From the NCBI GenBank assembly GCA_950097015.1, contig CATNEN010000038.1, forward strand, positions 32,364,001-32,428,000: 64,000 bases of DNA. Reading direction: 5' to 3'. Numbering within the stretch: the first letter of the stretch is position 1; every line of letters begins with the position of its first letter. Source of the stretch: Macrostomum hystrix. Taxonomy: Eukaryota > Animalia > Platyhelminthes. The notes under the pieces are model-generated. The model did not search any database and was not told the DNA's origin. It saw nothing but the letters and a program-made list of their open reading frames with translations. The translations under genes were made by a program, and so were the position numbers. Of this stretch, positions 1-12,600 are shown piece after piece.

Positions 1-342
1 TAAAAATGTGAAATTTGGTGCCACATAATAAAAAATTATTATTAAGTATGCCAAGATTATATTTTATTTGTGCCTCATAAAAAGATCTTTGAATAAATTT
101 AATTTAATTATGAAAACGAAATTGTATTTTTAAATGCCTATGCATACATTGCATATAGCTTTCTAGTCAGAGATGTACGACAGTGACAGTGTGGCCAACA
201 ACGGTACGACATGTACGACAAAGAGCCCTTGCAAAAATGAACGATGTATGACATGTACGACAACCAACCTCAATGTACGACGGAAATTTCCGTCGTACAC
301 CCATCCTTCTGCACTATGGCGAATCGGCTCACTCCTCATATT

Positions 343-1440
343 TAGTCACTTCATCATCTGCCAATCGGCTATAGAGCTGTAAAATAAAAGTAAAAGTAAA
401 ATAATGAGACTAAAAAGTAAAGAAAAACATTTTAAAACTGTACATAATTGTGCATTGTCAGATTGTAGCTCGGCGCATAAATTAACCAGCACTAGATTGC
501 TCCATGAGCTTAGTGATGCTGCTGTTGTTGTTGTGCAAATGGTGGAATGTGTCCCAATCGTAAACATTCTAGCAAAAGGCTTCAAACAGAAATTTGTCTG
601 GCACCATACTCGGCCCATAAGCGTTCAACTCGCACTTGCAGCCGCTGGTAGTGGTAGCGCGATCTGTGTAGAAAATGATTGGGCTGTGTACTATACTGTA
701 CATGTAATAGACAGCAATGCGTATACGCAATGACCCAGTTCACCTACAGTATATATGCACATATACCTGTGCTGGCGCTCGTTGATCCCTTGGTGAACCA
801 GTGCCACGTGAATGGGAACCAGACGCACCTTGGTGTGGAGCAGATGTAGCAATGGGTACAGTGTCAACTGCACTCGCTTAGCTCGATGTTTCAGATGTCG
901 ATGCCACCCTTCTACTTCATTATTGGTTCTAATGGTCTGGCTGTGCACTGATCTCCGCGAGCTGGTGGACTGGGTTGTTAAGCCAAGTGCTGTTGATGTA
1001 CTCAGCCAGCTCTAGTAGCCGAGGTAGCTGAACACTGGTGACAATTGTCTGTAAATTAGAATGACAGCGGAGACAGATATATTGTATGCACGAGCAACGT
1101 CATAATACATGTACACTAAGTTCATTTACGCACTAAATAGGGTGCCTAAATATTAAGTATGCAGATATGCAAAGACTGTACATAAATATGTACATTTCCC
1201 CTTGCAAGTGGCACTGAAAAACTTACATTTATATGCGCTTACACAAACACTTATAGGAACAAACTATACTCATTACATCCACAATTCACAGATCAGTATA
1301 ATCTAAGTCACTTCATCAACTGCAAATTGATTAACTGTTGGATCTTGGTCACTTCATCATCTTTCAACAGTGCACACATTTAAATTGGTCAGTTTGTCAT
1401 CCAATATGACGATATGGTAGATGACGAAGTGACTAGCACC
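343..1440 (-). mobile_element. Mutator-like (MULE) DNA transposon relic with transposase C-terminal fragment
   Basis: Imperfect inverted ends tagtcacttcatcatctgcca (343-363) and tggtagatgacgaagtgacta (1415-1435), with extra subterminal copies near 1305 and 1348. Internal ORF 691..948(-) carries RTNNEVEGWHRHL, resembling the MULE TNNxxEGWH motif. No TSD seen. Confidence 0.6.
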
Positions 1441-1739
1441 CCACTGTGTGCGCCGCAACAGATTAGCAGTAAATTTTTTTGTGAGCTGTGCACAATGTAA
1501 AAACCATGTGCGCCAAGAAAAAAGAAACACACATTATATTAGGCCTAGTAGTTATTATATAGCAATCAAATGTCATCATCAGACTCAGATTCCGCCAGTT
1601 CAAATTTGTAGTATCGCCCAACAAATGGACAGCAAGGAACAGCCTTAATGATGCCGGTCTACAACTTTGCTTATAACATACTTCTTAGATGCGGGCTGCT
1701 GGAGGTCATAAAAAAGGGACCACGATGAGGTTTGATTGC

Positions 1740-4700
1740 AGCCTCCTTGTCCCCGGAGTATTAAGCTTGAGCAGCCTCATGCAGCAGCAGCTCTGATGCT
1801 TGCGTATAGATTGGAGGCAGCATCCATCAAAGTTTAGCTCTTTTTGCCAGAGTCGCATTCGTCTGACCACCCTGCTGTTCCTGTGAATGCATGACTGCGT
1901 AGAAAGTCTCTATGATTGCTTCTAAAAATATAGTGTGTGAGTTGGCATTATTTGCATCACAGTTAGAGAGTGAATGTTGGAATTTTTAAGCTTTGAAAAC
2001 CTGTACCTGTCCCACCATGATGAAGAGCAAAATCCAGCAAACAGCACGCCTCCTGACCTGCAGGTTTAAATACATGGATTACAATAAAGTGACCGATACA
2101 CCCGATACACCACTGCTTTATCGAGTCGCACTGTGTGCTGATGGCACAACTCTGTTGTCACACAGAGATGTGCGTGCAACTAAAATTGGTCTGCAGCCCT
2201 CAATCACTCAACTTTTATGATTGGTACTGTAATGGTCGGGACAAGCCACGGTTCCCGGCCTTCACCAGATAGAAATGTCTGGTGTATAGCACTAACGTAG
2301 ACGGCCATGTATTTGTGTGCCAGCTGTGAATTTAAGCCAAGGCTTTGGTGCCGTTCTGCTTGCTGTATGAAGCGCTTCACCGCATTTAATGTGGTAAACT
2401 GTTAGATGCTAACGTCTGGATCATTGTCTGTCAGCAGCAGAATAACAGCAGCAGCACCCATTACCGCAGCATCAGTAGCCTTAGTGAAGTCCTTATTTGA
2501 TGTTCTTACGAGTGATGCCAAGCTGTCGAGCAAGGCAATGGCCAGTCATGTGAAATCTGCTTCCACATCCGACAATTCACATGCAGTCCAAATGTAACTT
2601 CCGTGACAGCTGTCTTTGTTCACAAGCCAGCTGTGAAGCAAAGTTACACCTTGGAATTTTCCACCTGATATAAAAGTTAATTTGAATTCATTTGAATCTA
2701 ATGGATTTTGAATTTGCTTGTTCGGTATAATTTAGTCAATAATCTGTAGGTCTATTTTAAGAAATCGTCAATAGATCATAGAAATAAGTTTGACAGGGTC
2801 AGGACAGATTAGAAACTACTGAGGCATGAGCTAGGTTTGGTGGAAAGAAGACATGGAACTACCATACTACCTTTGCGAAGCGATCTGTAGCAAGGTTTTA
2901 GCTGCGGATAGTGTTTAATATCAAAGCCTTGAGAAGGGCATTCAAGAAAGCTGGCTACATTTGGCCATAGAAGAGCCATCTACTGCTGCTCACCATCTTG
3001 CACAAACTCCATGAGCTTCCAGATAGGGTTGAGCAAATCTAGGAGGCCGAGCAGATTGAAGAGGAAGTCATAGCCAAAGAGCTTGTACTGCAAAGTCTCG
3101 TCATCCTGGCAGTTAGGATGCTCTGAGCAAAAGGCCTCGTGAAGTGCCTGTAGCAATGAGATAAAAAATGTCAGTTATTAACTTCAAACTTCAGTTAGTC
3201 AATCAAATAGTAAAAAATCTTATGCCATACAAATCCACAATTGCATCCCACATCTTCATTGCAGAGCTCAGGAAGCATTGAGCAGCATAGGCTGAGATGC
3301 GCTTGGCCTTGAACCTTTCTTTGGCGTCTTCTTGTTCTTTAGCAGCTTTTTCAAGGGCAGCAAAGCCGCACCCGCATCCAAAAAGTTTCGGGGAAAATAT
3401 TTGCAAGCTTGATGAGCCGCTTAAAAAACTCAAGGTCTTTAGATTTTTGCACTTCTTTGACTCCCAAGTTTAGCAAATGGGCAGCGTCCTAAAACACTGG
3501 CAGGCTGTCGTCATTTTCTTCATAGCCCAACTTGTCACACAGAGCTAGAACAAATGGCCTTTTCTGATGGTATTGGCCATCTGCAACGAAGCTGGCAACA
3601 TTTCACAGCACAAGTCGCAGCTTTTCAACCGACTGCAGAAGCATGCCAACCAAAGCCTCTCCTCCGGCATCCATGGCACTGTCATACACAGCCGGTGCTC
3701 TTGCTGGAATGGCCATAGCACAGCTCATTGAGTCTCTAGCCAGGATCATTGCTGCTTGGTTTGTCGTGTGGCTGGGCGTACTCTTGTCACAGGTTAAGCA
3801 AACCAATGGTGGATGTCCAGTGGATGGAAGATCCTGCCGCAAGAACCTTGAGGAGTCTCGGTCCAGGCAAAATTCAAGCAGGCTCCAGAGTTCTGTGCAG
3901 AAGGCACTGAATGGAATTTTAAGTGGTGCATCTTTAAAGTGAGATGTGAAAAATAGTAAACATCAAGTACTTACTAATCCTACTATACTTGTACATCTAC
4001 ATACTGAGAACAAAGCTGATATAAAACAACTTATTCTCTACTTATTATTCTTATTCCTTATTATTTACTCATTAAATTGAATTTAAAAAGTATTAGTAAC
4101 TCACATGCCATGACCAATGTTGCCAACTGGAGCATCATTCGCAGCTTGGAGGCATATCAAATCTTCGTAGTGCATACCAGCAGATGCAGTTTGAATAATA
4201 TACATGCAGCTGCATAACAGAGATCTTACAACCTTCTGGTTGCGTGTTTGTCATTGTAGAATAAGATTTGCTTGATAATCTCATGGCATCAAAGTGATAT
4301 TTGCCAGACACCGGAGAAATGATCAGCGACAGTTGCCCAAAAAAAGCAGAATTTCGTGTGGTCGCTATGGTACTCGTGCATTCTGTCGGATGAGATTAGC
4401 AGACCCATGCTTATCGATCCTTTCTGAGTAGGGTTCCTTTAAAACATAAGCAAATATGGTAGGAATGCATGCAGTGCAGCTGATGATACTGATACTACTG
4501 ATGATCTCATCATTAAAGCCAAAATTTTAACTAAAAAATTAAGTCTAGCTTACATTTTTAAGAATGCTTCCTCCACAGAACAATCTGCTGTGAGACGCAA
4601 TCTTGGAATTCTGTGGCACCTGTCAAAGCATGGAACACAATAAACAATATGGTACGCACCGCAGAGCGCCACACCAATGAGAGATACCTGGAGTAAATCA

Positions 4701-5300
4701 GCCAGGCACTTGGCACTTTTAATCACATTATAGTCCCCATCAATTGGTAATGGTAACTGGGATTTGCAACAAGTGCCAGTGGTAGAAGCTTTCGCTCCTA
4801 GTGCCAGACATTTCATGGCTTCAGTCAGCTCTTAAAGGCTCTGAGGTTGGCTGGCTACTAGTTGTGAGAGCGCTTCAATCTTGTACACACTGTTGGCCGT
4901 CGAAGCCTCGGGAATGGCAGGTGTAGATTGAGTAACAGCTGAAGCACCTGAGTGAAAACTGAGAACAAAATGCTAGAGGATTTTCTAAACTACATACATA
5001 GAAGGACACCATTCTATATTCTGTTTGTCTTTGCTTTTTCTGAATATTAACCATCCTGTAGCTTACCTGCTTGTCCATGCAATTCAGCATCAGAATTAGA
5101 ACAACGAACAGATAAAGGCAACTCAGAGAAGGAAGCATTAGATGTACCACTGGTGGTTGGGGCAGACACCACAGATGCATCCCCAGCCAGCAGATCTTGT
5201 TCATCTTCAGCTGGTTGGTCTTGGGCATCAGAAGAAACACTTTCAGCAGCCTGTATCTCAAGCTCCCTGCTTCTAAGCATTTGTTGGACAATTTGGCAAT
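1740..5300 (-). pseudogene. Degenerate, intron-containing hAT-family (ZNF862-like) transposase
   Basis: Minus-strand fragments in order: PVGNIGHG (~4105-4130, followed by a gtgagt donor), LTCDKSTP (~3780), FVADGQY (~3570-3590), F*DAAHLLNLGVKE (~3460-3495, like hAT CxAHxLNL) and EAIIETFYAVM...RAKL*W (~1825-1923, dimerisation-domain-like). Has in-frame stops and frameshifts. Confidence 0.6.
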
Positions 5301-5869
5301 TATGTCGGAAAAACTTTAGTGGTCTGCTGTCCTCATTTGTATGATTTTTTATGCCTCAACTGAGATGACAAGTTGCCACGAAAAATTTTGCAATTAGCAA
5401 TGGCCACTTTCAAGGCAATATAGGCAGTAGTGCACATCAGATTTGAACTCAGAAGCTTAATTTGAGTTTTGTAATATTATTTCAAAGTGGTTAATATTCT
5501 TTTTAAGTTGGTAAACATATTTAATAGGCTGATTCTTAAAATACTTGAATTTGTCTTATTTTTTTAAACCAATGAGACAATGAATAAAATAGTTTTAATG
5601 AATAAAAAGCACTCGCACTGGTAGTAGCAGCTGGAGTAGCAGCAGCACTAGTACTAGTACTAGTAGTAGTAGCAGTACTTCTAGTCATTAGGCCTATAAT
5701 AGAACTTTTAGAAGTAGCATCTGCATCTAAGACTGTGTCTATAACTGTATCAGCCTCAGCCATTGAAATTGTAGTTAATGCAATATCAGATAGAATACTT
5801 TAGATTATGAAATGAATAGGTATTGAGCAGGATACAGCAATTTTGCATGGAATTTACCACCTTCCTGAC

Positions 5870-6120
5870 TGTGGCACACAAATACTTTATGCTGGCATAC
5901 ACTCACACAAGTCTATACATCTGCCCTGACTTTCTCATCGTCAGGCAGTGTACATTTCACTGTGCCTTGGAGGTTGGCCCTCAAGGGTATAAATTGCATG
6001 ACAAGCCCTCAAGCCTTCTCTTTGCTGCTGTGCCCCAAAAAATGTGGCCTCATTGTGGAATTTAACTTTGGGACTGTGGTGCAAGAGGCAATCACAATAA
6101 ATGCTCTGCCACCAACCCCC
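5870..6120 (-). mobile_element. SINE family B copy (strongly CpG-decayed)
   Basis: Colinear with the full copy at 59617-60035. Confidence 0.8.
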
Positions 6121-6625
6121 TTGCTATTTGCTTTAGCCCTATATTATATTAACAATGTAGTGGCCCATATAGACACAGTTAAATTTCAGTTAGCTGTGGT
6201 CCTTATTCGGTTTTTAATTGCTTTTATGTGTATTTTTTACAAAAACTCAAAGCTTTTCTGTTTTCTTATCAATTGCATTAGTTATTAAACATTTTTGTGT
6301 TTTAATTACCTATTGTAAACCCTACTCTAGATAACTTAAAGATAAATAATATTGCAAGGTTTTGATTTGAAAATAATGTTTCTCCTTGTAATCTAGGCTA
6401 CTAAAATATTTTTTGTTAGACATTTTCTTTTTCCTAGCTAATTTACTGTTTACATTTTTAAATAGTATCCTTGTTAATATTCTCCAAACAAAAGTAAAAA
6501 TTTAGCAATAGCAGTACTTTCTTCTTGTATATATGTTAGAATTTGAAATTGAATTATTTTCAATCTCTATTTTCTAACTCTATCATTTTGCATCATCAAA
6601 AACAAATGTCTGCTTATACATACAG

Positions 6626-9600
6626 GCCACTTCACTGGTGAGCAGCATAGGAACTTGCTAGTTGCCAAGCATAACACACTAGAACTACACATTGTTGGCT
6701 CAGGCGGTGTCAAAACTATCAAAGAGATCAGCATCTATGGCAAGATTTCTGTACTGCTTGGATTTAGACCTGAGGTAGCTATCTTGCTTCATTGATAGTT
6801 TATATATATATTTTTTGATAATATTTGCCTCCTGACTATGACATAATCAACTACAGGGTCGCACAGTGGGCACCGATTTGATCTTCATTCTAACCCAGAA
6901 GAAGGACGCCATGATTCTGGAATGCCAATTGGATAAAGATCAGTCACCAGTGCCAGCTGGCAACAAGTTTTCTGTCACAGATGTCGGCGACGCCACTGAC
7001 GGTGCCGACAGTCGTCAATTGAAAGTGGTGACCCTGGCTTCTGGCAATCTGCACGAGCGCATCGGTCGCCTGTCTGAAAATGGTCCACTGGGCATTGTGG
7101 ATCCGCGCGGTCGAGTAGTTGCTCTCAGACTCTACGAGGGCCTACTCAAGATCATTCCGGTGGCTTTCGCCCAGAAGCCCTACAATCCAGACGCTGGAGC
7201 TGACACTCTGAAAGCATTCAATGTTCGCATTGAAGAGATTGACGTTATTGACATGACATTTGTTGACGGCGTGAATCCAACTGTCGCCTATATAACTCAG
7301 GATTCTGTTGGTAGACATCTGAAAACTGTTGAGATTAACTGCGACACTAGGGATATCACGCCCGGACCGTGGAAGATCGATTCCATTCAGGCACAGGTAA
7401 ATCGATTGAGTTCTAGTACTCAACAGGACTCAGACGGATAACCGGTTTTTGTGTTTTTAAGATTCTCACAAATTAGCCTCAGTTGCCTCGCACCAGGATC
7501 CCCAAATCCCCTAACTTCTGGACCCCTAAATTACAATAATTTTCCTAATCCCACTCCCAGACCTCCTAGTTTCCATGTCCTTCTCCCAGATATTTAATTT
7601 ACTTTTTCTTACTCCAAGATCCCTAATTTTCCTAATCCCTACCACAGGTCCCCATTTTTTCTTATCCTTCTCCCAGGCCCCTTAATTACTATAAATTTAC
7701 TCCCAGATCCCCTGATTTCACTAAATTTCTTTCTTTTTTGTTACTTAATCCTACAAATACCGTCGAAATTCGTACTCAGGCTTCAATGCTGATTCCGCTG
7801 CCGCAACCGCACCCCGGCCTAGTGATAGTGGGTCAAGAGACAGTCACCATTAGATCTAAAGACGGCTCTCTAAAGACCATCGCTCCGCCTGTAATTCGAA
7901 CTTCACCAATGCTGGCGTTCGATCAGTTGGATTGCAATCGATTTCTACTGGGCGACATGGCCGGCCGATTGTTTATGCTGTTCCTGGAGAGGGACGGCGA
8001 CAGAGTCAGGGATATGAAGGTCTGTGTGTAATGATTCAGGGGATATGATGACGCCTGTATTCAGCAAATAGGATGGAGCCTGTATTTAGAGAATATATTG
8101 GAGCATATGTAGCAGACCTCTCAGCTCTCTCTCTATTTGTTGGATTTGGGATTGGTGAGCTGAGTATTTGGGGGAATGGTAGCGTAAGTTATGAGCTCAT
8201 TACCCTCGAGGGTGAGAATAGGTATTTTTCACGCTGTTTGGGTTATACCTAAGGTAGCGCTAATGCCCGAGCGGCAAGACACTAGCTACTAACAATGGGA
8301 GCGGAATTTACTGCTGCTGGCACGAGGGCTAAGGTCACTGATCTGGGGCACACAGTCCGTGGGGCGTATCAGGATGGATTAAAGTTGCCTGGTGAACGTC
8401 CTTCGCAATCTCACTTAATTTCCTCTATGGGGTCCGGGATTAGTACAGTCTCATTAAGGGAAAAAAGGCGGAGTTTAGGGACTTCAAGGGGGGTATCTAG
8501 GTAACTTTAGGTGGACTTCAGATAGACTTCAGGTGGATTTTTAGACGGGATTTTAGGACGGTATATTGGGATTTCAAAGGGATCATATAATAGGGTGGGT
8601 TCTGGTAAAGAAGGCCGACGAGAGATCTTTGGGAGAGGATTGGGAAGGCAAAGGTATCTTAACTGTTTTCCTCTTATTACGAGGGCTGTCCCAAAAGTAG
8701 TGTTACTTTTGATTATATCTTTTGTTCTGATGGTTCAAATAATGTGATTTGACACAGTCTTATAGCGGCAAGTCTCTTCTTTATATTAATTCAAATCTTT
8801 TTTCTAACAGACTAGGGAAATAGAAGTTATCAACGAAAAACTAACAGGACCTCAAACATAGACTTACAGTAAATCAACAAGCTATCGGAATGCTACGAAA
8901 GTGCTTTTGACTGAGGTCACTCTTTCAACCAAAATTTCTCAATTTCTCAATCCGTGACAATGATATGTCTCTGGAAAAATCATAATGAAGTTATAATTTG
9001 AAAGTTGTCTCTGGAAAATATGGAATGAAATCTTCATATCTCTCACTTGGACTTGGCTTCAGTACGAGAATTTTTTTTCTCATTTCTTGCTGTGCTAAAG
9101 ATCATGGATGTGCATTCAAGTTTTGCCCAGAGGAGTGTGATTTACACCCTTTGGAAGACGGGGCACAGTGCAGCCGAGATTCACGCGCAACTTTTATCAG
9201 CTCATGGGTCTTGCGCGGTCAGTAAAATGACCATCTATCGTTGGATAGAACAGTTTCGAGCGGGAAGGACGGACCTTGCTGATCAGCTCAGGACAGGTCG
9301 CCCTCATGTTCGAGACTCTGACGTCCTGGCTGACGCTATCTTGGATCTTCTTGATGAGGACGCACGAATGACGATCAGAGAGATTGCTGACAGGCTGAAT
9401 ACTCCGCGATCAACGGTTCATCGAAGTCTCACCAGCATGGATTATGTGAAGCTGAGTGCTCGCTGGATTCCACGCCTTCTGACACCAGACCTGAAAGAGC
9501 AGCGGCAGCGAGTGTGCCAGGAGAATCTGGAGCTCGTCAGGCAACATGGTGGATGGGAAACGTTTCGGCAAATCGTTGTTACTGGTGACGAGACGTGGGT

Positions 9601-12600
9601 GCCTCACTTCGATCCCCCCACCAAACAGGAGTCCAAGGTTTGGACAATCAGGAGTTCAGACCCCCCTGTTAAGGCACGTCGAGAGCCTCACTGCAAAAAG
9701 GTGCTTCTGACTTTGTTCTTCGACAGAAATGGACCACTTACAATCGAATTTCTTGAGCCAGGGAAGAGCATCAATGCCGAGTGCTATATTGCTTCCCTTG
9801 AAAAATTGAAGTTCGAAATCTGGAACAAGCGTCGGGTTGGAATCAAGCCCTTTCTTCTCCACCACGACAACGCCAGACCCCATACTGCACAGAAGACCTC
9901 CGAGGCTGTCAGCAGACTCAAGTTTAATATTTTGCCTCATCCACCGTATTCGCCTGATCTGGCGCCAGCAGATTTCGCCTTATTTCCACTAATGAAGTCG
10001 CATCTGCGAGGTAAAGTTCATGAGAACCGTGACAACCTCCAACAGGCAGTGCGGAATGTCCTGCTCCACAAAATTCCACGCGAGAGTTATGCCAACGCTA
10101 TTGAAGGTTTGTTCAGCCGGTGGCAAAAATGCCTTCAGCTCGGCGGTGACTACGTTGAGAAGTCAAGCATTCCCACCGACGAGTGAAGAGGAGCGTTTCA
10201 ATTGCTACGAGAAAACTTCATATTCGCAACCACTCAACTGTTGGTCATTTTTGCTTGCTTGTTGATTTACTGTAAGTCTATGTTTGAGGTCCTGTTAGTT
10301 TTTCGTTGATAACTTCTATTTCCTTAGTCTGTTAGAAAAAAGATTTTAATTAATATAAAGAAGAGACTTGCCGCTATAAGACTGTGTAAAATCACGTTAT
10401 TTGAACCATCAGAACAAAAGATATAATCAAAAGTAACACTTACTTTTGGGACAGCCCTCGTAGGAAAATAACTAAGAAACTCGGTCTATTTAATAGCGAA
10501 ACGGGAAAATAGTTGGAGGTTTAATCGCTTGTATTTCGTCGAGAGCGTAAAGTAGTTTTAACCAGTGTTATTGGTATGACTGGGGAACGAGGGAGCAGGT
10601 TAAGCCGGTTGAGCAGGGGTCAAGATCGCATTTATATTTCTCTCTCTATATATACAAAGAAATTGGGGTGGGTGCATTTTTCCACTTGAGAGCAATATTA
10701 CGAACAAAGAGCACTGCGTGAAATAACGATATTTAGCTAGCGCGTGAGGAAAAGTGGCGGGAATTTAAAATGAAAAACGTCCTAATTTATTCACTGCCTC
10801 ACATATATTCAGGGGATATGATGGAGCCTGTATTCAGTAAGATATGAAGGAAATTAAGGGCAAACAGAAGCCTGTATGCAGTTGTAGGCCTGTAAGACAT
10901 GCAGACTATGCTTGCTTAATGCGTGTATTTGACTTTAAATCGGCAGGTTGAACTTCTGGGCGAAATTTCCATACCGGAGACAATCAGTTACCTTGACAAC
11001 AATGTTGTTTACATTGGTTCCCGATTTGGTGACAGTCAATTAATTCGCCTTCTAGTAGAAGCGGATGCTTCAGGAAATTTTGTCAGCACAATGGAGAGCT
11101 TCGTTAATATAGCCCCTGTGGTTGATATGGCGGTTGTTGACATTGACAACCTGGGCCAGGGCCAGCTAGTCACCTGCTCCGGCGCTTTCAAAGACGGCAG
11201 TCTGAGAATTATTCGCAGCGGAGTCGGCATCAACGAGCTGGTCAACATCGACCTGGCTGGCATCAAAGGCGTCTGGAATCTGCGCACCGATGGTGGCGCC
11301 TTCGACAACTTCATCATCATCGCCTTCCAGAACCAGACCAAGACATTGTTAATGAGCTGCTCGCCGTGCGATCCAGCTATGGAAATTGAAGAGGTGCCAA
11401 TGCCGGCCTTTGAAACTTCTGAGAGAACTTACCTGTGCCAGAATGTGCACGCTGGGCAAATTATCCAGGTGCGTGTTTTTTGCTTTTTAACTGTACAAAA
11501 AAGAAAAAATTGTCTTATTAAAAATTTAAAGATTAAACATTTTCATCCATATTTGCCAGGTTGAATTTTAATCGCTAATAAAAATATTCGCATTAGAAAG
11601 ATTATCGTCCTCTACCGATTATCCTGATTATCAGTTGTCGCCCATAAAAAATGACCTTGAAAGATTATCACCTCAAAGATAATCTCCAATGAAAGATTAT
11701 CACCATAATGATAATCCCTTTAAAGATAATCTCCTATAACGGATTATCACATTTATAAAACATCACCATATAGATTATCCCGCCCCTAAGATCATCGCCC
11801 CACTGTCTATTCGCCCTCGCCAGGTGACACCCCGTAGTGCTCGCCTAATGGACCCAACCGGTAAGCGATGCCTAGCGGAATGGCTGCCACCATCGGGCCG
11901 GACCGTCTCCGTGTGCGGCGCCAACCAGCGTCACCTGCTCATCGCAATTGGTCCGCGACTAACTTGCCTTGTTATCGGCGACGGCACTCTAGCAGTTCAA
12001 GCTGAGCGAGACCTGCCAAATGAGGTGGCCTGCATCGATGCCACGCCGCTGCCAGACGGATTCGACAATGGAAGCGGCGTTGTGGCTATCGGCCTCTGGG
12101 TAGAAATCTCTGTTCGCCTGTTGAGGCTCAACGATTTGGAAGATATTTGCTCGGAGGATCTCGGTGTCCAGGTAAACACCTATTTCGGATATATAGCATT
12201 CATAGGGGCTTGTTGCATAGTACTAGTGTGTAGCATGAGTCACGAATCAAAGGCCGGGGGTTCGATTCCTGGCTTCACTGTAACAGTTCTCGCCCTCTAG
12301 AAGTACACTTAACCCATCATTGCTTCAGTTCATACAGCTGTTGAGTGGGTACCAGCATCAGATGGGCTAATTGGGGGTGGGCGTGGCGTCCCCCAGTCCA
12401 TGGACTGAACAGCCGTACGTAGCCTTCAGATGCGCCGCGCAATAGCTGCGGCTGTGCTGTCGGCTGCACGACTGGCCCGATTCGGGCAGGTGTAATCAAT
12501 TATTATTACTATATAGTTGTCTCTACACTGAAACACTGAAGCATGATCTATTGTTAGATTTGGATAGTTTGGAGTTTAGACCTTCAGAGTTAAATGAGTT

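Larger units (their letters stand above)
8108..10803. mobile_element. Probable solo LTR (TGT...ACA termini) interrupted by the mariner
   Basis: About 915 bp of non-repeat sequence starting tgtagcag and ending gcctcaca splits an intronic repeat unit (ggagcata|...|tatattcagggg). Short TA-containing duplication; exact TSD ambiguous. Confidence 0.45.

Noticed and set aside
6465-6473. U12-type 5' splice site (gtatccttg)
   Set aside because: No coding exon upstream of it and no matching U12 branch site; all modelled introns look U2-type.
1-6625. DDB1 exon 1, or an SL-supplied start at 6626
   Set aside because: No N-terminal DDB1 peptide was found, and the 6626 acceptor is phase 1, so an AUG-ending leader would be out of frame. 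Exon 1 is presumed upstream of the window.
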